NCBI GenBank assembly: GCA_934096985.1
Contig: CAKONC010000002.1
Location: forward strand, 121,421 to 185,420
Reading direction: 5' to 3'
Origin: an uncultured Bacilli bacterium
GTDB taxonomy: Bacteria > Bacillota_I > Bacilli_A > RF39 > UBA660
DNA: 64,000 nt
A program made the translations under genes and the position numbers. Under the pieces are notes generated by a model that made no database searches, had not been told where the DNA came from, and saw only the letters and a list, made by a program, of their open reading frames with translations. Position 1 is the first letter of the stretch, and every line of letters starts with the position of its first letter. Positions 48,353 to 56,160 of this stretch are shown here, in pieces.

Positions 48353-48742
48353 TTACCTATTCTTTTTTAATATTAAATTTATAATTAATGCAATAGAATA
48401 TCCTATAAGAGCGCTACATATTATAATAAATAGAATTTCTTCATTTCTAAATCTATTTGCACAAAGTGAGAAAATAAATGCTATGCTTATGCAAATAGTA
48501 ACTGAAGATAAATAAATTGGAAAATACTTTTTATGTTCAAGTAACATCCTATTTTCTAATAGTTCATCTGTACTTTTTTCTAATACTTTCGAAAGTAATA
48601 ATAATTGTTCTGGATTCGGAGATGTCTGTCCTTGCTCCTAATTAGAAATAGTTTGTCTTGATACATTAAGTTTTTCCGCTAAAGATTCTTGTGAAAGTCC
48701 TTTGGCCTTTCTTAAACTAGATATATTGTTTCCTAAATTCAT
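48353..48742 (-). pseudogene. XRE-family HTH / C-terminal membrane protein interrupted by an in-frame TAG at the conserved Trp codon
   Basis: MNLGNNISSLRKAKGLSQESLAEKLNVSRQTISN*EQGQTSPNPEQLLLLSKVLEKSTDELLENRMLLEHKK..., continuing in frame into track ORF 48353..48547. The TAG at 48638..48640 replaces the W of the ISNWE motif. Confidence 0.65.
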
Positions 48743-48838
48743 ATTTTTTTCTTTCACATAATTTATAACATAAAATGTATTTACGTTTCTATATAAATTT
48801 TTTTAATTATGTCAAAATTATTTAACAATTAGTAAAAA

Positions 48839-49204
48839 CTACTTAAATAAATTTATTATTTTAGGTAAAAATATAATAAGACCAATTATTGCAGAACCAA
48901 TTGCAAATACAAGCACTCCTCCTGCAGATATATCTTTTGACCTTTTAGCATCTTCATTTATCTTTGGCATTGCTAAGTTAACTGCAATTTCAATTGCGGT
49001 ATTAAAACATTCTCCACCTATTACAAGAGCAAAGTAACTTACACAAACAATCCATTCCCAAGTTTTAATTTTCAAAATAATTCCAAATATTATAACTAGT
49101 AATGCTATAGATAAATGTATTTTCATATTTCTTTCTGATTTAAAAGCACTTTTTATGCCTGCAAAAGCATACTTGAAACTATTAATTAGTTTTTTATTTT
49201 TCAT
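48839..49204 (-). CDS. dgkA: Diacylglycerol/undecaprenol kinase (DgkA family)
   Basis: 121 aa with three TM segments and ERNMKIH, ECFNTAIE and KDISAGGV motifs. Confidence 0.85.
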   Translation of the reverse strand: MKNKKLINSFKYAFAGIKSAFKSERNMKIHLSIALLVIIFGIILKIKTWEWIVCVSYFALVIGGECFNTAIEIAVNLAMPKINEDAKRSKDISAGGVLVFAIGSAIIGLIIFLPKIINLFK

Positions 49205-49299
49205 TCATAATCACCACTTCTTTATATCTAATTATAACATTATATAAAGTAAAATTTCTATAAATTCATAGCATATTTTGTCTTGTTTTGTCGGAGTGC

Positions 49300-49327
49300 T
49301 TGCAATTAGTTTTTTCTTATATATAAT
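49300..49327 (+). promoter_or_regulatory. Strong sigma-A-type promoter in front of the small hydrophobic ORF
   Basis: TTGCAA-16 nt-TATAAT. The predicted start site falls at about 49334..49336, which is the first bases of the left inverted repeat. Confidence 0.5.
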
Positions 49328-49335
49328 ACTTACTT

Positions 49336-49358
49336 GAACGTGCAGGAATGGCGTTACC
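49336..49358. repeat. Left arm of the imperfect inverted repeat bracketing the small ORF
   Basis: GAACGTGCAGGAATGGCGTTACC is complementary to 49594..49618 (9 bp, internal loop, 7-8 bp). Confidence 0.6.
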
Positions 49359-49419
49359 TTCTTAATTTTTTTGGGGTTTTGGGCAACCAAGATTTTACTG
49401 GAGAAAGGAGGAACGGTAA

Positions 49420-49572
49420 ATGAGCAAGAAGAAACTCATAAGAGTACTATTTTTGATTATACTTTTACAGTTTGGGGTTTATTATCCTGAATTTGCAAAA
49501 GGCGCCATCCGTATTGTAAAAGAATTTATACAGTTTTTAAAAGGACTTGTATTTATTCTTTTATTTGGATAA
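49420..49572 (+). CDS. 50-aa hydrophobic peptide, type I toxin-like candidate (below the ORF-track cutoff)
   Basis: GGAGG lies 8 nt upstream of the ATG. Product: MSKKKLIRVLFLIILLQFGVYYPEFAKGAIRIVKEFIQFLKGLVFILLFG. Confidence 0.5.
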   Translation: MSKKKLIRVLFLIILLQFGVYYPEFAKGAIRIVKEFIQFLKGLVFILLFG

Positions 49573-49593
49573 GCGCCAACTATCTAAAAAATA

Positions 49594-49618
49594 GGTAACG
49601 TGATATCTTGCACGTTCC
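49594..49618. repeat. Right arm of the imperfect inverted repeat bracketing the small ORF
   Basis: GGTAACGTGATATCTTGCACGTTCC, 22 nt after the small-ORF stop. Confidence 0.6.
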
Positions 49619-49648
49619 TTAATTATAATATAACATTTATTTATACAT

Positions 49649-50038
49649 TTATGCAAGATGTTTAATTTTAATTATTAAAAATAGCTTACTTTTTTTACTA
49701 ATATTTAAAGTAATTACACTATTAATTTTTTCATTCAACATATTTTGAAGTGCAGTTACTTCGCCTTTAGATAAAGATATATCAAAAAATGAAAATTTCT
49801 TATCTAAATATTCAACACTATCAATAAAGTCTTTTATAGATATATATTTAGATTTATTAACCAAACTATTTGATAATGTTATTCTACATAATCTGGAAAC
49901 TGCATTATAATAATCATCAGTGACACCTTTTTGACTAAAAGCATCATAAAGTGTATCAAAATATATTTGCCACTCATTATTTGATATTTCCATCGAAGGT
50001 AAATTTAAACCTAAACAATATGCCTCTAATTCATACAT
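49649..50038 (-). CDS. Hypothetical protein
   Basis: 129-aa ORF with no convincing SD and no recognisable family. Confidence 0.35.
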   Translation of the reverse strand: MYELEAYCLGLNLPSMEISNNEWQIYFDTLYDAFSQKGVTDDYYNAVSRLCRITLSNSLVNKSKYISIKDFIDSVEYLDKKFSFFDISLSKGEVTALQNMLNEKINSVITLNISKKSKLFLIIKIKHLA

Positions 50039-50162
50039 AATTTTACTTATTACATCCTCTTTTGAATTAAGAACTTACCATTTAAATACGATAATTATCG
50101 CACATTTTAGTGAAAACACCAAATCACTGTAAAGTAATCTATAAATGCATACTCAAAAAGTA

Positions 50163-50987
50163 TTATTTATTTTTTATATAGTCACAAATAATCTTAACAA
50201 CATTTTCATTGCCTATTTTTGCATCAATACAAAGGTCATAATTATCTTTGTCACCCCATACTTTATTTGCTATTGCACTATAATATTTTGCTCTAGATTT
50301 ATCTGATTTAATTATATGTTTTCTTGCATCAGAGGCATTATCTTTATAATTTTTCATAACATTATTTATTTTATAATCCATCGAAGCATATATAAATATT
50401 TTAACTAAATTTTTATTTTCTTTCAAAATATAATCAAGTATTATATTTGCAACTGCTCCAGATATCTGTGATATAGTGGAAAGCATAGTTTTGCCAGTAG
50501 CTTGTAAAAATCTTTCATATACCGTATATCCTATAGAGCCTAGTGAAAAGCAACTACAAATTTTCAAATATGAACTTCCCATTTCAATAATCTTACTATC
50601 ACTTGTAAATAGTGTAATAAACCATTTTGAACCAAATATACCAAATAATAAAAATATTACATAAATACAAATACTTAAAAATATTCCATTTCCCGCAATA
50701 ATATTTACCTTCTCTTTATCTTTTTCTCCCAAGGATTTAGATAATATTGCATTTAACCCCACGCCAGTTCCAACACCAATAGCAATAATCATAATTTGCA
50801 CTGGAAAAGCATAAGTTAAAGCTTGATTAGCTATAGCACCATTTTCACCCATGTTAGCCACGAAAATACTATCAATGACATTATATAGTGTTTGCAAAAC
50901 CATTGATATAATCATAGGAAGTCCCATTTTTAAGATTAACTTATTCATAGGTGTTATAGCCATTTTATTTTGCTCTTTTTCTTTCAT
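50163..50987 (-). pseudogene. In-frame chimera: N-terminal half of a MATE efflux transporter fused to the C-terminal third of a cytidylate-kinase-like protein
   Basis: Residues 1-185 are MATE-like (LPMIISMVLQTLYNVIDSIFV...GAVANIILD). Residues from about 186 on (YILKENKNLVKIFIYASMDY...DKSRAKYYSAIANKVWGDKDNYDLCID) match the tail of the Cytidylate_kin2 family. The junction is near 50430. Confidence 0.6.
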
Positions 50988-51010
50988 AATTCCTTCTTAT
51001 ATTGACAAGA

Positions 51011-51048
51011 AAAAAAGGCGCAACCCATAAACTGGATTTACGCCTTTT
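51011..51048 (-). terminator. Rho-independent terminator
   Basis: On the minus strand: an extended GGCG...CGCC stem followed by TTTTTTT. Confidence 0.55.
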
Positions 51049-51137
51049 CTTAAAAGCCACTCGTCTTACGAAAAAAATTATATAATTTTTTTAAAATTTT
51101 TTCAAGAATAAAATTTTTTATTATAATTTTAGACCGG

Positions 51138-52073
51138 TTATTCTTCATATCTAATTTCATTCATATAATTAAATCCACTTAAGAAATAGTCATATGAATA
51201 TTCTCTTACTCTATTTTCCATAACATCATTTATTGGAATAATTGTATAATCTTTTAATACTACATACTTATAAGTAAATGTTAATACTTCATCATAATAT
51301 TTTGTTAATAAGTTTATTTTAACTGTAGTTGTAACTGTTTTATTTTCATTTGTATCAAAATAACTCATTAGTTCATAAAAGCCTTTATCGGTTTTAAGTA
51401 TACGTTCATTATATATTCTAATTACTTTTTCACCTTCATAATTGCCACTTACTATATTAATTTCCGGATACTTACTATCATTTGTATAAAGCATCCTATA
51501 TAAAATATTATCTTTGGCATATACATAATTAGACATAAAATCATAATCTATCTTTTTACCTAAAAACTCAGTTGAATATTCCCATTTTAAATAATCATTA
51601 AGTCTATAATTTGCTTTTAAATACATTTCATAACTATCTTCAACTTTATTATCTATATTATCATCGTGTAAAGTATATAGTGTATCATTGTAATCAATAA
51701 ATTTTATATCAGCTCCATGACCTGGAAAAATATTCATTACATTTATATTACTATCAATATCATATACTTTTTTATATTCAAAATCTCCATTATCAAGTTT
51801 TTTAGGATTAAAAATATAAATTTCATTATTACTTATGAAAGCATAATTTCTAAAACTTGTATTTTCATTTAAAATTTCCCCATTATTTATTTTTATATAA
51901 TTTTTATCAGGATTTTTCTTTGCAAGTTCCTGCACTAAAGATATAGGTTCAAAGTCAGTATGGTCTTTTAGATCATTATTACTATTTTTATTTTTTACTA
52001 AAATGATAGTTACAATACATCCAATTAATAAAATAAGTCCTATAGCAATATAAATAATTTTTTTATTTTTCAT
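51138..52073 (-). CDS. Hypothetical N-terminally anchored extracytoplasmic protein
   Basis: 311 aa with one TM segment (IIYIAIGLILLIGCIVTIILV) and a Tyr/Asn-rich beta-type ectodomain. Confidence 0.5.
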   Translation of the reverse strand: MKNKKIIYIAIGLILLIGCIVTIILVKNKNSNNDLKDHTDFEPISLVQELAKKNPDKNYIKINNGEILNENTSFRNYAFISNNEIYIFNPKKLDNGDFEYKKVYDIDSNINVMNIFPGHGADIKFIDYNDTLYTLHDDNIDNKVEDSYEMYLKANYRLNDYLKWEYSTEFLGKKIDYDFMSNYVYAKDNILYRMLYTNDSKYPEINIVSGNYEGEKVIRIYNERILKTDKGFYELMSYFDTNENKTVTTTVKINLLTKYYDEVLTFTYKYVVLKDYTIIPINDVMENRVREYSYDYFLSGFNYMNEIRYEE

Positions 52074-52080
52074 CTAAAAC

Positions 52081-53154
52081 CTACTTTTCTATATATCCAC
52101 TCGTCTTTTTTGAGTACATATCATCCGTAATACTTTTATATCTTTCTCCATCATAATCATCAGTAAATCCATTATATGCTTTGTATATTTCATTAGTTTC
52201 TGTATCATAAACTCTTTCATAACCAAGTGTTGCATCACTTTGTTTTTGACTCATTATATCAAAGGATGTATTTCTTTTATTCCAAGAATCCATTATTCCA
52301 TCACTTATTTCATTTCCTATGGCTCTAATTTGCTGAAAATTTTTCATAACAGCATCTTGCTCTTTATTAAATCCATTTATAAATGTATCAGTAAAGTTTA
52401 AAGAAGAACAAATAGTATTTAGAATATCTTCCCAATCAATAAATTCATCTTTTGGTGTTGTAATAAAAATTGCATCATACACATTTAAATATTGAATATC
52501 AATTTGTTTACCAGATATAATATTTTCATTAACATAATATGGTCCCGGATCATATACATAAGCCGTAAATATTCCTTCTCCATCTTTGCCATTTGAATCT
52601 TTAAATGTGGCTCTTAACATATCTCCACCTAAAGTACCTTTACCTAAATTTTCACTTACAGTAAAATCAGTTAAAACAGGAAAAGTAAATGATGCCGTAT
52701 TATTTAATGGCCCCATATCATTAAATATTTTATAAAAACCTTCAGTATCTTTTGTAGCAATTACACTAGTTTTAGCAAATGGGTTATTTGGATAATATTT
52801 TTGTTGCCACCTTTTAGCATCATCAGATTTATTATATCCTTCGGATTTCATATTAAAGAAAAATTGATATGTGGGATTATTTGGATCATATACTTTAATT
52901 GTGTAATGAATATAATCTCCAAAAGTATCCACTTTCCAACCTTTAGGTTTTTTAATAGAAAACTCATTAGTTTTATAATCTTCGAATTCAATTTGGTTAG
53001 CCTCAGATTTAACTATCTTTATATTTGCATCAGGATTATAAAATATTTTTCCATCTTTTTTAGTTAACAAAATAATTCCTATAACAAGTACAAGAATAGC
53101 ACCACCAATTATCATCACATTTTTTTTAGAAATATCATATTTTCCAATTTTCAT
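52081..53154 (-). CDS. N-terminally anchored protein of unknown family, paralogue 2
   Basis: 357 aa. It shares MKIGKYDISKKN and GEGIFTAYVYDPGPYY with the upstream gene, and the last ~80 aa (GNEISDGIMDSWNKRN...TSGYIEK) match almost exactly. Confidence 0.6.
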   Translation of the reverse strand: MKIGKYDISKKNVMIIGGAILVLVIGIILLTKKDGKIFYNPDANIKIVKSEANQIEFEDYKTNEFSIKKPKGWKVDTFGDYIHYTIKVYDPNNPTYQFFFNMKSEGYNKSDDAKRWQQKYYPNNPFAKTSVIATKDTEGFYKIFNDMGPLNNTASFTFPVLTDFTVSENLGKGTLGGDMLRATFKDSNGKDGEGIFTAYVYDPGPYYVNENIISGKQIDIQYLNVYDAIFITTPKDEFIDWEDILNTICSSLNFTDTFINGFNKEQDAVMKNFQQIRAIGNEISDGIMDSWNKRNTSFDIMSQKQSDATLGYERVYDTETNEIYKAYNGFTDDYDGERYKSITDDMYSKKTSGYIEK

Positions 53155-53184
53155 AAAATCTCACTTTTCCTTTCTTTATAATAT

Positions 53185-54267
53185 CTATTTTTCTATATAT
53201 CCGCTTGTCTTTTTTGAGTACATATCATCAGTTATAGATTTATATCTTTCACCATCATAATCATCAGTAAATCCATTATATGCTTTGTATATTTCATTAG
53301 TTTCTGTATCATAAACTCTTTCATAACCAAGTGTTGCATCGCTTTGTTTTTGACTCATTATATCAAAGGATGCGTTTCTCTTATTCCAAGAATCCATTAT
53401 TCCATCACTTATCTCGTTACCGATTTCTCTAATTTTATTAAAGTTTTTCATTCCTTCAGTTTGTACTTTATTAAATTCATTAATAAAGGAATCTGTAAAT
53501 GTAAGTGACCCAAAAATAGTAGTTAATGTTTCTTCCCAATCAATAAACTTATCTTTTGGTGTAGTAATCATAATTGTATCATATACATTTAAATAGTACA
53601 TATCTATTTGTTTACCATAATAAACATGTTCATAAATATAATAAGGTCCTGGATCAAATACATAAGCCGTAAATATTCCTTCCCCTTCTTTACCATTTAC
53701 ATCTTTAAATGTTGCTCTTAGTATGTCTCCACCAAAAACACTTTTTCCTAAATTTTCACTTATTTGAAAATTCTTTATTATTGGTAAAACGACTACATCT
53801 GTAGTTTCAGGTTCACACATTTCGGTATACATTTTGAAAAATCCTTCAGTTGTTTTTTCTTCTATATAAGGTAGTTGAGCCATAGGACTGTTTGGCATAG
53901 AATTTTGCCAATATTTCTTACTATCTGCAGATTTTGTATATCCTGATGTCTTTAAATTTAAAAATACCTGATACATAGAATTTTTAGAATCATATACTCT
54001 AATTGCATATTGGTCTTTACTTCCTGCTGTAATGACTTTCCATCCCTTTGGCTTTTTAAGAGTAATATCACCATTACTAAAATCTTCAAATTCTATTTGG
54101 CTTGCCTCTGATTTAACTATTTTAATATTTTTATCTGGATTATAAAATACTCCTTTTCCTTTACTACCACCCTTAGTAAGTAAAATAGTTTCTCCAATAA
54201 TAATAAGAAAAATGACACCAATTATAACAAGATTTTTTTTAGAAATATCATATTTTCCAATTTTCAT
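53185..54267 (-). CDS. N-terminally anchored protein of unknown family, paralogue 1
   Basis: 360 aa. See paralogue 2. The 3' ~250 nt are near-identical between the two genes. Confidence 0.6.
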   Translation of the reverse strand: MKIGKYDISKKNLVIIGVIFLIIIGETILLTKGGSKGKGVFYNPDKNIKIVKSEASQIEFEDFSNGDITLKKPKGWKVITAGSKDQYAIRVYDSKNSMYQVFLNLKTSGYTKSADSKKYWQNSMPNSPMAQLPYIEEKTTEGFFKMYTEMCEPETTDVVVLPIIKNFQISENLGKSVFGGDILRATFKDVNGKEGEGIFTAYVFDPGPYYIYEHVYYGKQIDMYYLNVYDTIMITTPKDKFIDWEETLTTIFGSLTFTDSFINEFNKVQTEGMKNFNKIREIGNEISDGIMDSWNKRNASFDIMSQKQSDATLGYERVYDTETNEIYKAYNGFTDDYDGERYKSITDDMYSKKTSGYIEK

Positions 54268-54323
54268 AAAGCACCTACCTATAATATATATTATAATTAT
54301 AAAAGTCTAAGTAAGCAACAAAC

Positions 54324-54354
54324 TTTCCATATAAAACAATGTTTTATATGGAAA
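54324..54354. promoter_or_regulatory. 31-bp perfect palindrome, candidate operator between divergent promoters
   Basis: TTTCCATATAAAACA-a-TGTTTTATATGGAAA. It sits midway between the paralogue-1 start (54267, minus) and the HTH regulator start (54408, plus). Confidence 0.5.
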
Positions 54355-54407
54355 TATATTTTTATTAAAAAAAATATAGTATAATATTTTTAGAAAGTGG
54401 TGTAATT

Positions 54408-56129
54408 ATGAAATTTAATGATGTCTTAAATATGTATTTAGAAACTCTTAATTGTTCTTCGAAAAAACTTTCAAAGGAGTCTGGATTATCAGAACCTGTT
54501 ATATCAAGATATCGAAGTGGTGAAAGAACTCCTGCAAAGGATAGTAAACAATTTAAAAAACTTATTAATGCCCTATTTAATATTGCTAAAGAAAGTGGTA
54601 AAAATAACTATTCACTTAATAAAATAACAAGTGATTTTGAGGTCGCTTTTGAAAATGATAGTTTTGACTATGAAACATTTAGTAATAATTTAAATACGTT
54701 AATAACATCTCTAAAAATAAATATAAATGAAATGGCAAAATTCATTGTATTTGATCCATCTCACATATCAAGAATTAGATATGGAAAATCTAAACCCTCA
54801 AATCCAATAGAGTTTACAAATAAAATATGTTCATATATCATATTTAAATATAAAAGTCCTGATGATTTAAATAACCTAATTGAGATAATTGGATGTGATA
54901 AAGACATAGCAAATGAAAAAATATATGATGTTTTATTTACATTTCTAACAAGTGAAAAAAAGATACTTAAAAATCAAATATCAGATTTTCTTCATAATCT
55001 TGATTCATTTAATTTAGATGATTATATAAAAGTAATAAAATTTGATAAATTAAAAGTTCCAAATATTCCTTTTTATAAAGGTAAAACAAAACATTATTAT
55101 GGTATCGAAGAAATGAAGGAAGGAGAATTAAACTTTTTTAAATCCACTGTACTATCAAAATCTAAAGAAGATATTTTTATGTGTAGTGATATGCCAATGG
55201 AAGATATGGCAAAAGATACTGATTTTGGTAAGAAATGGATGTTTGCTATAGCAATGTGTTTAAAAAAAGGTCATCATTTAAACATTATTCATAATTTAGA
55301 TAGACCATTTAATGAAATGATGCTTGGGCTTGAAAGTTGGATCCCTATTTATATGACCGGGCAAATATCACCATATTATTTAAATAGTGTAAAAAATAAT
55401 GTTTATAATCATTTAAACTATGTATCTGGGGTAACTGCTTTAACTGGAGAATGCATAAAAGGCTATCATAACAAAGGAATGTACTATTTAACGACAAATA
55501 AAAACGAAGTTAAATATTATAAAGAAAAATGTGATTTACTATTAAAAAAAGCTAAACCACTTATGGAAATATATAGAGAAAATAATCAAAATGAGTATGA
55601 ACTCTTCCTAAAAAATAATGAAAAAGTTATTGGCAATAGAAAAAGGATTTTATCTTCCCTACCATTATTTACGATATCAGATGAACTTTTAAAAAAGATT
55701 TTAAAAAGAAATAAAGTGAGCATTTTAGACACCGAAGAAATAGTTAAATATAAAAATAATGAATTAAAATATATGAATAATATATTAAAAAATAATAATG
55801 TTAATGATTATATTTATGTTACAAAAGAAAATGAATTTTCTACTGATATAACTCTTTCATTAGAAAATATGTTTTATGATAAAAAAATTAATTACACTTA
55901 TGATGAATATTTAGAGCATTTAAAACTTACTAAAAAATATGAAAAAGAAAATACTAATTACCATCTTAAATATGAAGAGGTGCAAACATTTAAAAATATA
56001 ACAACCACAATTATAAATGGTAATTATGTGATAATTTCAAAAAGTTCTAATCCTGTAATTCATTTTGTAATAAAACATCCTAAATTAGTCGAAGCCATTG
56101 ATAATTTTAATCCTCTTGTTAAAGAATAA
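54408..56129 (+). CDS. Large putative transcriptional regulator with two N-terminal HTH-like modules
   Basis: 573 aa. Contains SKKLSKESGLSEPVISRYRSGERTP and INEMAKFIVFDPSHISRIRYGKSKP, followed by about 400 aa I cannot assign. Confidence 0.6.
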   Translation: MKFNDVLNMYLETLNCSSKKLSKESGLSEPVISRYRSGERTPAKDSKQFKKLINALFNIAKESGKNNYSLNKITSDFEVAFENDSFDYETFSNNLNTLITSLKININEMAKFIVFDPSHISRIRYGKSKPSNPIEFTNKICSYIIFKYKSPDDLNNLIEIIGCDKDIANEKIYDVLFTFLTSEKKILKNQISDFLHNLDSFNLDDYIKVIKFDKLKVPNIPFYKGKTKHYYGIEEMKEGELNFFKSTVLSKSKEDIFMCSDMPMEDMAKDTDFGKKWMFAIAMCLKKGHHLNIIHNLDRPFNEMMLGLESWIPIYMTGQISPYYLNSVKNNVYNHLNYVSGVTALTGECIKGYHNKGMYYLTTNKNEVKYYKEKCDLLLKKAKPLMEIYRENNQNEYELFLKNNEKVIGNRKRILSSLPLFTISDELLKKILKRNKVSILDTEEIVKYKNNELKYMNNILKNNNVNDYIYVTKENEFSTDITLSLENMFYDKKINYTYDEYLEHLKLTKKYEKENTNYHLKYEEVQTFKNITTTIINGNYVIISKSSNPVIHFVIKHPKLVEAIDNFNPLVKE

Positions 56130-56135
56130 AAAAAT

Positions 56136-56156
56136 AAAGCTAGAAGTTCTAGTTTT
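56136..56156. terminator. Weak AT-rich hairpin between convergent genes
   Basis: AAAGCTAG-aagtt-CTAGTTTT. Confidence 0.35.
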
Positions 56157-56160
56157 ATTT

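Noticed and set aside
48288-48547. Treating the 64-aa minus-strand ORF (48353..48547) as an independent small membrane gene, together with the 75-aa plus-strand ORF opposite it.
   Set aside because: The 64-aa ORF is in frame with, and contiguous to, the interrupted XRE HTH upstream, so it is better explained as the distal part of a pseudogene. The plus-strand ORF is its antisense shadow and also overlaps the thrS T-box region.
48638-48640. Possibility that TAG is recoded (a Trp or other sense codon), or that the genome uses an alternative genetic code.
   Set aside because: TGG encodes Trp throughout the well-conserved genes here. TAG is used as an ordinary stop, for example at 15178..15180 and 38438..38440. 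No other conserved gene in the window needs read-through.
50089-50100. A 12-bp perfect palindrome, CGATAATTATCG, upstream of the 129-aa ORF.
   Set aside because: Palindromes of this length are expected many times by chance in 64 kb of such AT-rich DNA. The downstream ORF itself is doubtful.
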